From Clostridiaceae bacterium (GTDB lineage Bacteria > Bacillota > Clostridia > Peptostreptococcales > T1SED10-28): a DNA stretch of 64,000 nt. Shown one piece after another: positions 8,585 through 18,070 of the stretch; positions within the stretch are counted from its first letter, which is position 1, and each line of letters starts with the position of its first letter. A model generated the notes under the pieces. That model did no database searches. It was not told the origin of the DNA and was given only the letters and a program-made list of their open reading frames with translations. The DNA lies in NCBI GenBank assembly GCA_003554105.1, contig PWFQ01000006.1, positions 3,036 to 67,035 of the forward strand. Reading direction: 5' to 3'. Position numbers and translations under genes: made by a program.

Positions 8585-8611
8585 AGAGGATCTGCTCTCT
8601 AAGTTTTTTTA
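8581..8611 (+). terminator. rho-independent terminator
   Basis: TTAGAGAG / CTCTCTAA perfect 8-bp stem, 6-nt loop, followed by G + T7. Confidence 0.7.
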
Positions 8612-8678
8612 TTTTATCCCGCAGGAGAATAGGATATAATAAAAATAAGGGAAGAAGGAAGGAAAGGCAGGAGAGAAA

Positions 8679-11600
8679 ATGGCGAAGATTCGACTTCGAC
8701 TTTTTGGTCCACCGGAGATTTATAAAAATGATGAAAAAGTGTTTTTACCCTATCGTAAGGCAGAGGCGCTTTTTTACTATCTAGTGATTCAAAAACAGGC
8801 AACGAGAGAGGAACTCGTAGGCCTTTTTTGGGGTGAAATCCAGGATGAACTGGCGAAGAAAAATCTTCGGAATGCCATGTATAAAATTCGTAAAGCCTTT
8901 GACATGGAGGTGATTCACTCGCCTCAAAAATCCATTGTTCTCTTAAACGATGAAATATCAATTATCTCGGATTACCATCAGATAATGAAGAATCCTTCTG
9001 AAATGACGGATCTTTATCGTGGAGAATTCTTAAAAGGCTTCTCTGTCAAAGATGAAGCAATGTTTTCTCATTGGCTGGAAAATCAAAGGACCCTTTTCGA
9101 AAGCCAATATATTTCAGTGCTTTATAAGGAAGTGGAAAAAGCAACTAAACAAAAAGATTTTCATATGGGCGAAAAAATAAGCAAGGAAATTATCGAGCAG
9201 GATCCCTATGATGAGAGAGCCTATCGTTTATTAATGAATGTGTATGACGAATTTTCCCTTCCAAACAAAGGATTGGAAGTTTTTCAAAACCTTGCCCGTT
9301 TTTTGGAAGAAGAGTTGGGAGTGGAGCCTTCAGAGGATACACGACGTCTCTATAGGCGTATGCAGAAAGAACAACAGCAAAGGAAAGTAGAAGGAACAAA
9401 GAAAAAGAAGTCCTTTTACTTTGGCCGGGAGAGGGAATTAGAACAGATTCGAAGAGGTTTATTTGAGGATGTTAAAGGGGACGGAAAGACCTTTGTATTG
9501 ATTCAGGGAGAAGCGGGGATCGGTAAAACCTCTATTGTTGAACATCTCTTCGAAGAGTTTCAAGAGGAAGGGTTTCTGGTTTTTCAAACGGAATGCTTCG
9601 GTGCAGAGAAGAATTATATACTCAAGCCCTGGAATCCCATCATCTCTCAACTTATTCCCTATATTGAAAAGCAGAAAATAAAAATTCAATCTCCCTGGGG
9701 GAATGTTTTAAAAAGAGCCTTTCCCCAGCTGCAAACCTGGGATCATGAAGGGGGAGGAGAATATATTGATGGAAGTGTAGCCGGCAAGGTTGAGGATCAG
9801 CTCATTGAAGAGGGGATTGTTGAGGTTTTTCGCCACATCCAAGGCTCAGGGAAAGTGTTATTAATTTTTGAGGACTTACAGTGGATTGATGAAAAAAGCC
9901 TTCGACTGCTGACAAATTTGATGCTAAAATATCCAAAGAACCGGTTGAGGGTATTGGCAACATATCGAGGAGGGGATCGTCGGGATGTGGATCTTTTTCT
10001 TTCCCTTGCATATCAAAAGGGGATCCTGGAAAAGCTGGAACTAAAAAGATTTACAAGGGAAGAGACAAAAAATCTTGTAGAAAATTATCTTCTTTATTCC
10101 GAGGATAAAAAGACCTTAAAAGGGTTAAGCGATCTATCGGAGGGTTTTGATCAAATTTATGAGGAAACCGAAGGAAATCCTTTTTTTCTGATGGAGTATT
10201 TGAATCGAATCGGGAAAAGTCAGGGACAGAATACTCATGGACCCAAGGAGGAAGACCTTTTGAGAAGCCGTTTTGTCAACCTTTGTCAACAAGCGGAGGA
10301 AGTGGCGGAATTAACGGCACTCTTTTTTGATAAGGCCGAAATGAAAGAACTGATCAATCTTATGAGTCTTTCTGAATCCACGTTGATTGACCGCTTGGAG
10401 AACTTAATCAATGAGGGAATCCTCAAGGAGGAAGCCTCGGGAGAAAATATCTACTATCGTTTTACCCATCAAAAACTCCGGGAGTACTGTTATGATAAAC
10501 AAAGCAAAGCAAGACGAAGGCATTCTCACCGGAGAATCGGCGAATATATGGAAAACAGGCTGGGAAATAATTGGGAGGACCATATGCTTTTTTCCAAGCT
10601 CATCTACCATTTTGAACGGGCGGGGCATTATAAAAAAGCTCTCAATTACAGCATTCAAAACTTGAAATATTATGTAGACTTTAGTCATGAACTGTTTCCT
10701 GTCTTAGAGGAAAAAGGGAATCAGGATGATCACCCATACTACTTATCGAAGCATCAAATTATCAAAGAACTGGAAGATATGGGGGAGTTGCTGGAAAAAG
10801 CAAAAAGGGGAGTCAACGGAACAGAGGATCTTTACGAGGAGGAAGTATACTTCCGTTACATCAAGGGAAGGTATCTTATTCGTCGTGGAGATTATGACGC
10901 AGGCATGGAAGAAATAAATCGTATTATTTCTTTAGCTGAAAAGCAAAAGGATTACAGAAGCCTGATTAAAGCATATAAACAGAAGGTTTACTATGGGATT
11001 CAAACCTATCAAAGAGACACCATGAAAGAAAACCTCGAGTTGGGATTCAGGAACCTCAAGATGATTGATTATCCTAAAGAAGAAGCGGTATATTATCGGT
11101 TGTTTGGTCTATATCACATGATGATGGAGAACTACGAGCAGGCTGATGAAACCTTGAGATACTCAATCCGTCTTTTTAATCAGATTCCCGGAGATCAAGG
11201 GAAATATAAGCTGAACATTGCTGCCGGCTATAATTATCTTGGTGAAATTCGACGCATTCAAATGAAGTTCTTTGAAAGTCTTAAGTATTACGATCAAGCA
11301 ATTAAAATTTGTGAGGATCAGGAAATTTTTCGGGGGCTGAATGTTTTTTACACAAAAGCAGGGCAAGCAGCATTTGACGGAGGAGACTTTCTGCGGGCGA
11401 AAAACTATTTTGTGAAAGCCTTGAATCTCTATGGAAAAGAAGATGCGCTTTGGGGACGGTCCATTGCGGAAGGATTTATGGCATTGATTCTGTTCCGGGA
11501 GGAGATGTACGAATCATCATTGAAGTGTCTTAAAAACGCTGAGAAATTCAGCATAAAAATGAAAAATCCCTATGAGTTGGGGATTGTTTATCGGATAAAA

Positions 11601-11780
11601 AGCGGAATCAAACGGGAAATGATGAGTAAGCGGGTGATCCCCTCCTTTTATCGTCAAGCTCTTTCAAAGGATTTGTCCTACTATTGCAAGAAGGGAATCG
11701 AGAATCTGAATCAGGTTGATGGAAACTATGAAATTCATATTCTCAGACGATTAGACGCTTTAGCGACGATAAAGAGTTAA
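8679..11780 (+). CDS. SARP/AfsR-type regulator: winged-helix + BTAD domain, P-loop NTPase (STAND-like), C-terminal TPR-like repeats
   Basis: 1033 aa. N-terminus IRLRLFGPPEIYKNDEKVFLPYRKAEALFYYL...; BTAD-like ERAYRLLMNVY...LEEELGVEPSEDTRRLY. Walker A is IQGEAGIGKTS and Walker B is LLIFEDLQWID. The C-terminal half is long and helical-repeat. Confidence 0.8.
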   Translation: MAKIRLRLFGPPEIYKNDEKVFLPYRKAEALFYYLVIQKQATREELVGLFWGEIQDELAKKNLRNAMYKIRKAFDMEVIHSPQKSIVLLNDEISIISDYHQIMKNPSEMTDLYRGEFLKGFSVKDEAMFSHWLENQRTLFESQYISVLYKEVEKATKQKDFHMGEKISKEIIEQDPYDERAYRLLMNVYDEFSLPNKGLEVFQNLARFLEEELGVEPSEDTRRLYRRMQKEQQQRKVEGTKKKKSFYFGRERELEQIRRGLFEDVKGDGKTFVLIQGEAGIGKTSIVEHLFEEFQEEGFLVFQTECFGAEKNYILKPWNPIISQLIPYIEKQKIKIQSPWGNVLKRAFPQLQTWDHEGGGEYIDGSVAGKVEDQLIEEGIVEVFRHIQGSGKVLLIFEDLQWIDEKSLRLLTNLMLKYPKNRLRVLATYRGGDRRDVDLFLSLAYQKGILEKLELKRFTREETKNLVENYLLYSEDKKTLKGLSDLSEGFDQIYEETEGNPFFLMEYLNRIGKSQGQNTHGPKEEDLLRSRFVNLCQQAEEVAELTALFFDKAEMKELINLMSLSESTLIDRLENLINEGILKEEASGENIYYRFTHQKLREYCYDKQSKARRRHSHRRIGEYMENRLGNNWEDHMLFSKLIYHFERAGHYKKALNYSIQNLKYYVDFSHELFPVLEEKGNQDDHPYYLSKHQIIKELEDMGELLEKAKRGVNGTEDLYEEEVYFRYIKGRYLIRRGDYDAGMEEINRIISLAEKQKDYRSLIKAYKQKVYYGIQTYQRDTMKENLELGFRNLKMIDYPKEEAVYYRLFGLYHMMMENYEQADETLRYSIRLFNQIPGDQGKYKLNIAAGYNYLGEIRRIQMKFFESLKYYDQAIKICEDQEIFRGLNVFYTKAGQAAFDGGDFLRAKNYFVKALNLYGKEDALWGRSIAEGFMALILFREEMYESSLKCLKNAEKFSIKMKNPYELGIVYRIKSGIKREMMSKRVIPSFYRQALSKDLSYYCKKGIENLNQVDGNYEIHILRRLDALATIKS

Positions 11781-11838
11781 AATGGGAACAATAAATACAC
11801 CTCGCTTTTTAAAGCAAGGAGGATGAGGAGGATTCTGA

Positions 11839-13359
11839 GTGATAAAAATTGATGGAAATCATTTAAGTTTGGAGCAATTTGCGGACGTGGTCCTGCAAGG
11901 ACAGGAAGTGGCATTGGAAGTTGGAGCCATTGAAAAAGTTCACCGGGCAAGGGATCTTGTTAACCGGTATGTTGAGGAGGAACGGGTTTCCTATGGAATC
12001 ACCACCGGTTTTGGGAAATTCAGTGATGTGGTGATTTCAAAGGAAGAGACGGAGGAGCTGCAGAGGAATCTGATTATCAGCCATGCCTGTGGCATAGGCG
12101 ATCCTTTCTCAGAAGAAGAAACCCGGGGAATTATGCTTCTTCGTGCCAATGCCTTGGCGAAAGGATTCTCAGGAGTTCGTCTGAAGGTGATTGAAACACT
12201 GTTGAAAATGCTCAATAAGCGGGTGCATCCCATCATTCCGGAAAAAGGGTCTTTAGGTGCCAGCGGGGATCTTGCACCTCTTTCCCATATGGTCCTGGTC
12301 ATGATTGGTGAGGGAGAAGCGATCTACAACGGGTCTCTCATGAGCGGAAAAGAAGCCATGGAGAAAGCGGGCATTGAAACAATCGTATTAACTGCCAAAG
12401 AGGGTCTCGGACTGATCAATGGTACTCAGGCGATGACTTCAGTGGGAGCTCTTACCTTATACAGAGGGATACAACTGTCGAAAATTGCAGATATTTCTTC
12501 CGCTCTTACCGTGGAAGCGCTAAATGGAATTATTGATGCCTTTGATCCAAAGGTTCATGAAGTTCGACCCCACAGCGGTCAAATTACAACAGCATCCAAT
12601 TTACTTCGTTTGCTTGATGAGAGTCAATTAACCACCCATCAGGGTGAAATGCGGGTTCAAGATCCCTATACTTTACGATGCTTACCGCAAATCCATGGAG
12701 CAACCAAGGATGCTTTGGCATTTATCAAAGAAAAAGTTGAAATCGAAATGAATGGAGTGACTGACAATCCTCTCATTTTTACAGAGGAGGACCAGGTCAT
12801 TTCCGGAGGGAATTTCCACGGTCAACCTATGGCACTGCCCTTCGATTTTCTAGCCATTGCACTTGCAGAACTTGCAAACGCAGCTGAGCGGAGAATTGAG
12901 CGACTGGTAAATCCTCAGCTCAGCGGTCTTCCTGCTTTTCTAACGGAAAAGGGAGGTCTTCATTCCGGCTTGATGATTGCTCAATACTCTGCAGCGGCCC
13001 TGGTTTCTGAAAACAAGATCCTGGCCCATCCTGCCAGTGTAGATTCAATTCCTTCTTCAGCAAATCAGGAGGATCATGTAAGCATGGGAACCATTGCCGC
13101 AAGGAAAGCGAGAGAGATCGCTTTCAATACTTCGAGGGTTCTGGGAATAGAATTGATGACAGCAGCCCAGGCCATTGAGTTTAAGGAATCAAAGGAGTTG
13201 GGCAAAGGAACCATGATCGCATATAAAACTCTCAGAAAGTCATTAAAACCCCTTAAAGAAGACCGGATTCTCTACCGGGATATCAATATTGCCTCGGAAA
13301 TGATTGATAACAATCAAATTCTCAATGCAGTGGAAGAAACTGTGGGATCCCTGGATTAA
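11839..13359 (+). CDS. hutH: histidine ammonia-lyase
   Basis: 506 aa. GTG start after GAGGAGG. MIO-forming GSLGASGDLAPLSH, YGITTGFGKFSD and NLIISHACG. Confidence 0.9.
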   Translation: MIKIDGNHLSLEQFADVVLQGQEVALEVGAIEKVHRARDLVNRYVEEERVSYGITTGFGKFSDVVISKEETEELQRNLIISHACGIGDPFSEEETRGIMLLRANALAKGFSGVRLKVIETLLKMLNKRVHPIIPEKGSLGASGDLAPLSHMVLVMIGEGEAIYNGSLMSGKEAMEKAGIETIVLTAKEGLGLINGTQAMTSVGALTLYRGIQLSKIADISSALTVEALNGIIDAFDPKVHEVRPHSGQITTASNLLRLLDESQLTTHQGEMRVQDPYTLRCLPQIHGATKDALAFIKEKVEIEMNGVTDNPLIFTEEDQVISGGNFHGQPMALPFDFLAIALAELANAAERRIERLVNPQLSGLPAFLTEKGGLHSGLMIAQYSAAALVSENKILAHPASVDSIPSSANQEDHVSMGTIAARKAREIAFNTSRVLGIELMTAAQAIEFKESKELGKGTMIAYKTLRKSLKPLKEDRILYRDINIASEMIDNNQILNAVEETVGSLD

Positions 13360-13364
13360 GCAAA

Positions 13365-13404
13365 AAACCCTTATCGGCTATTTTTAAAGGATAAGGGTTT
13401 TTTC
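13365..13404 (+). terminator. rho-independent terminator after hutH
   Basis: AAACCCTTATC / GATAAGGGTTT 11-bp stem followed by a T-run. Confidence 0.7.
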
Positions 13405-13484
13405 ATGGAAATTGTTCGGATCAACGGTCTCGGGGAAAAGGGTATGATATAATAAAAAGAACTATACAAAAGAGGTGATTTCCC

Positions 13485-16400
13485 ATGACAAAGGGTAAAT
13501 TTGTCCATCTCCATGTTCATACAGAATACAGTTTGCTTGATGGGTTTACAACCATCGATCGTCTCATGGATGAGGTAAAGGAAAAGGGAATGTATTCCAT
13601 TGCCATCACCGATCACGGATCCATGTTCGGAGTGATCGATTTTTATAAAAAAGCAAAGGAAAAGGGAGTCAAGCCGATTATCGGCTGTGAAGTCTATACT
13701 GCCCGGAGACGACTGACAGATAAAGATCCGGTGAAGGATAAAAACCAAGGGCACTTGGTGCTTCTGGCAAAAAACGAGGCGGGATACAAGAATTTGATCA
13801 AAATTGTATCCAAAGGATTTTTGGAAGGGTTCTATTATAAACCGCGGGTTGACTATGAGACACTGGAAGCGCATTCGGAAGGGCTGATCTGTTTGAGTGC
13901 CTGTCTGGCAGGAGACATTCAACAGAAGATTTTGAACGGAGAAAAGGAAAATGCTGAAAAACTTGCCCTCCGTCTGAAAGGGATTTTCGGAGAAGATAAT
14001 TTCTACCTGGAGCTGCAGGACCACGGGTTAAAGGAGCAGAAGATTGTTAACAGGGAGTTCCTTCAAATGAGTAAAAAATTGGAGATTCCATTGGTTGCAA
14101 CCAATGATCTCCACTATATTCAAAGAGAGGATCATGAACCCCATGATATTCTACTTTGTATCCAAACCGGGAAAACTCAACAGGATCCGGACCGTATGAA
14201 GTTTCCCAATGACGAATTTTACTTAAAATCTCCTGAGGAAATGGAAGAGCTATTTCCTTATGCAGTCCGGGCTTTGGAAAACTCGGTAAAAATCGCGGAA
14301 CGTTGTAACGTGGACTTTGACTTTAATGCCATGCATCTTCCGGATTATGAAGTCCCCCAGGGCTATACTCCCTTTGATTATTTAAAACATCTTTGTACGG
14401 AAGGTCTTTACCGACGTTATAAGGAGCCCGGGGAGGATCTGTTTAAGCGTTTGAATTATGAACTGAATACCATAAAAGGGATGGGCTATACCGAATATTT
14501 TCTCATTGTATGGGACTTTATTCGTTATGCCAGGAATAAGAATATTGCTGTAGGTCCCGGGAGGGGAAGCGCGGCGGGCAGCATCGTTGCCTATACTTTA
14601 GAAATTACAGACATTGATCCGATAAAATACCAATTGATCTTCGAACGATTTTTGAATCCTGAGCGGATTTCAATGCCCGATATTGATATCGATTTTTGCT
14701 ATGAACGTCGTGAAGAAGTGATTGACTACGTGAAAGAGAAGTATGGGTCCGAAAAAGTTGCCCAAATCATTACTTTCGGAACGATGGCTGCAAGGGCTGC
14801 AATACGGGATGTCGGCAGGGTGATTGACATGCCCTACAATCAAGTGGACCGGATTGCCAAGGAAATTCCCTTTGCCATCGGAATGACCATCGATAAAGCA
14901 TTAGTCATGAATCCAAAGCTGAATGAAATCATGGATGAGGATGAGCAGGCAAAGTACCTGATTGAAATGGCAAAAAAGGTTGAAGGGATGCCCCGCCATG
15001 CCTCCACCCATGCAGCCGGTGTCGTGATCGCGAAGAAAGCCGTTGAAGAGTATGTTCCCCTCTATATGCATAACGACAGTGTTTCCACCCAATTCACAAT
15101 GGGAACTCTGGAAGAACTGGGACTATTGAAGATGGACTTTTTGGGATTGAGGACTTTGACAGTGATCCGAAATGCTATGGATAATGTGGAGGCTCAGCAT
15201 GGGATTCAGATTGATTTTTCCGGCGGAGATTATGAAGATCCTAATGTGTATCAACTGATCAGCAAGGGAGAAACATTAGGTGTGTTTCAGCTGGAGAGTA
15301 CAGGAATGATTTCTTTTATGCGGGAACTCAGACCCGATTCCTTTGAAGATGTGGTTGCGGGGGTCTCGCTTTTCAGACCGGGACCCATGGAATCCATTCC
15401 CCGTTATGTAGCATCAAAGAGAGATCCATCGAAGGTGGAATACCTTCATGAATCCTTAAAACCCATATTGGAAGTGACCTATGGATGCATGGTTTATCAG
15501 GAACAGGTCATGCAGGTGGTTAGGGAACTGGCTGGATACAGCTATGGTCGGAGTGATATTGTAAGAAGAGCAATGGGGAAAAAGAAGATGGATGTAATGG
15601 AAAAGGAACGGGAGTATTTCATCCATGGGAAAGAGGATGAGGAAGGAAACGTTGAAATTCAAGGGTGCATCAGAAACGGGATTCCCAAGGATATCGCTAA
15701 CCGCATCTATGACGAAATGATTGACTTCGCCAAATATGCATTTAACAAGTCCCATGCTGCTGCCTATGCAGTACTCGCCTATCAAACCGCTTATTTAAAG
15801 TATTATTATCCTGTGGAATTCATGGCGGCACTCATGACAAGCATTATGGGGGATACCTCTAAGGTTGCCCAATACATTCATGATGCGAGAAAAATGGATA
15901 TAGAGATTCTTTCGCCGAATATTAACCGAAGTTTTTCGAAGTTTACGGTGGAAGAAGGTTGTATACGCTATGGACTAGCTGCTGTAAAAAACGTGGGTGT
16001 TTCTATGATTGACTCGATTGTAAGTATTCGTAAGTCTAAAGGGGATTTTAAGGATTTTATTGATTTTTGTCAGAAAGTTCCTTCAAAGGATCTGAATAAA
16101 CGTGCAATTGAAAGTCTGATTAAGTCCGGGGCGTTTGATGAAATGGGAGCAAATCGGGCTCAACTGATGGCAGTTTATGAGGGGGTACTGGAGAGTGTAT
16201 CGAAAACAAAGAGAAGAAATCTGGATGGCCAGATCGGATTATTTGACCTGGGACAGAATAAGGATTTCGGAATACCTTCCATCACGATACCTAATATAAA
16301 AGAGTTTGACGAAAAACGAAGGTTAAGTATGGAAAAGGAAACGGTAGGTCTTTATGTTACCGGTCATCCTTTGGGTGCCTATGAAGAAATTTTAAAAACC

Positions 16401-16964
16401 TATGTCAGCACCAACAGCTCAGAGTTGAAAGCCGTTGTGGATGAATTGGAGGAAGGCCCCCGTTTTAAAGATAAGCAGACGGTGATAGTGGGGGGAATGG
16501 TGGCTGAAAAATCAACAAAAATGACCCGCAATAATCAGCTGATGGCCTTTATCCGTTTGGAGGATCTTTACGGTGATTTGGAATGTGTAATCTTTCCAAA
16601 TGTTTTTGAGCGCTTTGCTCCGCTGATCCAAGAAGATCAGTTTATCCTTGTAAAGGGAACTCTGGATCTTCGGGAAGAGGAAGAACCGAAAATTCTTGTG
16701 AATTTGATAAAATCCCTGGATCGTTTAAAGGATGAAAAAGTTTGCATAAAACTTGCATCAAAAAATGATCGCAAACAGTTAAAACGAGTGAAAGATCTCC
16801 TTATAAAAGAACAGGGGGACACCCCAGTGATTCTCCTGATAGAGGATAGCGGTGAAAAATTAAAGGCTCCAAGATCCCATTGGATCAACCTGAAGGGAAA
16901 AACCATAAAGGAACTGCAAAAAGAATTGGGAGAGGACTCGGTGAAGGTTTTCGGCACACCATAA
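13485..16964 (+). CDS. dnaE: DNA polymerase III alpha subunit
   Basis: 1159 aa. PHP domain FVHLHVHTEYSLLDG, GPGRGSAAGS and PDIDIDF. Confidence 0.95.
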   Translation: MTKGKFVHLHVHTEYSLLDGFTTIDRLMDEVKEKGMYSIAITDHGSMFGVIDFYKKAKEKGVKPIIGCEVYTARRRLTDKDPVKDKNQGHLVLLAKNEAGYKNLIKIVSKGFLEGFYYKPRVDYETLEAHSEGLICLSACLAGDIQQKILNGEKENAEKLALRLKGIFGEDNFYLELQDHGLKEQKIVNREFLQMSKKLEIPLVATNDLHYIQREDHEPHDILLCIQTGKTQQDPDRMKFPNDEFYLKSPEEMEELFPYAVRALENSVKIAERCNVDFDFNAMHLPDYEVPQGYTPFDYLKHLCTEGLYRRYKEPGEDLFKRLNYELNTIKGMGYTEYFLIVWDFIRYARNKNIAVGPGRGSAAGSIVAYTLEITDIDPIKYQLIFERFLNPERISMPDIDIDFCYERREEVIDYVKEKYGSEKVAQIITFGTMAARAAIRDVGRVIDMPYNQVDRIAKEIPFAIGMTIDKALVMNPKLNEIMDEDEQAKYLIEMAKKVEGMPRHASTHAAGVVIAKKAVEEYVPLYMHNDSVSTQFTMGTLEELGLLKMDFLGLRTLTVIRNAMDNVEAQHGIQIDFSGGDYEDPNVYQLISKGETLGVFQLESTGMISFMRELRPDSFEDVVAGVSLFRPGPMESIPRYVASKRDPSKVEYLHESLKPILEVTYGCMVYQEQVMQVVRELAGYSYGRSDIVRRAMGKKKMDVMEKEREYFIHGKEDEEGNVEIQGCIRNGIPKDIANRIYDEMIDFAKYAFNKSHAAAYAVLAYQTAYLKYYYPVEFMAALMTSIMGDTSKVAQYIHDARKMDIEILSPNINRSFSKFTVEEGCIRYGLAAVKNVGVSMIDSIVSIRKSKGDFKDFIDFCQKVPSKDLNKRAIESLIKSGAFDEMGANRAQLMAVYEGVLESVSKTKRRNLDGQIGLFDLGQNKDFGIPSITIPNIKEFDEKRRLSMEKETVGLYVTGHPLGAYEEILKTYVSTNSSELKAVVDELEEGPRFKDKQTVIVGGMVAEKSTKMTRNNQLMAFIRLEDLYGDLECVIFPNVFERFAPLIQEDQFILVKGTLDLREEEEPKILVNLIKSLDRLKDEKVCIKLASKNDRKQLKRVKDLLIKEQGDTPVILLIEDSGEKLKAPRSHWINLKGKTIKELQKELGEDSVKVFGTP

Positions 16965-17085
16965 CGGGGCTTCTCCCCCTGTTTTTCTCTGATGGAATTG
17001 GCAGGGTTACAAAGAATAACTTTTCGGACTTTTTCAAATCATGATATAATGGTGTACATACTGAAAAATAGTCAGGAGTGATTTT

Positions 17086-18045
17086 ATGCAAACGATTGCA
17101 GTCCTAACCAGTGGAGGAGACTCTCCCGGTATGAACGCAGCCATACGATCTGTTGTTCGCTATGGAATTCATAAGGAGTTAAAAGTACTCGGCGTTAAAC
17201 AGGGATATGAAGGTTTGTTAAATGCGGATATTGAGGAAATGACGCTATCTTCCGTAGCAGATATTATCCATCGGGGAGGCACAAAGCTTTTAAGCGCAAG
17301 GAGTGAACGCTTTAAGACTGAAGAAGGTCAGAGAAAAGCCTTAAACGTTATTAACATTTTTAACATCGACGGAATTGTAGTGATTGGGGGAGACGGTTCT
17401 TTTCGCGGAGCAGAGGCACTATCCAATCACGGGATCCCTACGGTTGGAATTCCAGGGACCATTGATAATGATCTGGATTATACCGAGTACACTATAGGAT
17501 TTGATACTGCGGTGAATACAGCTCTTGATGCCATTAGTAAAATCAGAGATACATCCACATCTCATGGGCGTGCCAACATCATTGAAGTTATGGGAAGAGA
17601 CTGTGGTGATTTAGCACTCTACGCAGGTTTGGCAGGGGGTGCGGAAAGTATTATCGTTCCGGAAGTCCCCTTCGACTTGGACCGGGTCTGCAATAAGTTA
17701 TTGCAGGGAAGAAATCGGGGGAAGCTTCACAGCCTTATTGTTCTCGCCGAAGGTGTGGGAAATGCCATGGAGATCGGAGATCAAATTCAGGAGAAAACGG
17801 GGATTGAAACCCGGGCAACCATTCTCGGGCATATCCAGCGGGGAGGAACTCCTTCGGGAAGAGATCGGATGATGGCCAGTCAAATGGGGGCAAAAGCTGT
17901 TGATCTTCTCATACAAGGAGAAGGAAGCATGGTTGTGGGAATAAAGGGAAAAGAAATTATTGCGGTACCAATTGCAGAGGCATTGAAAACCAAGACGCCC
18001 ATTGACGAGAAAACCTATGAACTGGCAGATATTTTATCGAAATAG
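17086..18045 (+). CDS. pfkA: ATP-dependent 6-phosphofructokinase
   Basis: 319 aa. [31 protein letters not shown] and MGR. Confidence 0.95.
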   Translation: MQTIAVLTSGGDSPGMNAAIRSVVRYGIHKELKVLGVKQGYEGLLNADIEEMTLSSVADIIHRGGTKLLSARSERFKTEEGQRKALNVINIFNIDGIVVIGGDGSFRGAEALSNHGIPTVGIPGTIDNDLDYTEYTIGFDTAVNTALDAISKIRDTSTSHGRANIIEVMGRDCGDLALYAGLAGGAESIIVPEVPFDLDRVCNKLLQGRNRGKLHSLIVLAEGVGNAMEIGDQIQEKTGIETRATILGHIQRGGTPSGRDRMMASQMGAKAVDLLIQGEGSMVVGIKGKEIIAVPIAEALKTKTPIDEKTYELADILSK

Positions 18046-18070
18046 CAAGAGAAACTTTGGAGGTGGAAAA

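Noticed and set aside
8679-11780. The STAND NTPase with TPR repeats as an Avs-like antiviral sensor.
   Set aside because: The N-terminus is a winged-helix/BTAD DNA-binding module, not a nuclease, protease or other effector domain. There are no mobile-element or defence-island neighbours. A transcriptional regulator is the simpler reading.
13371-14024. A 217-aa minus-strand ORF inside dnaE. Similar long antisense ORFs occur at 18566-19105 inside pyk and at 8614-8961.
   Set aside because: They lie fully within strongly supported genes on the other strand. They have low-complexity, Phe/Leu/Ser-rich composition, no SD and no recognisable motifs. They are shadow ORFs.
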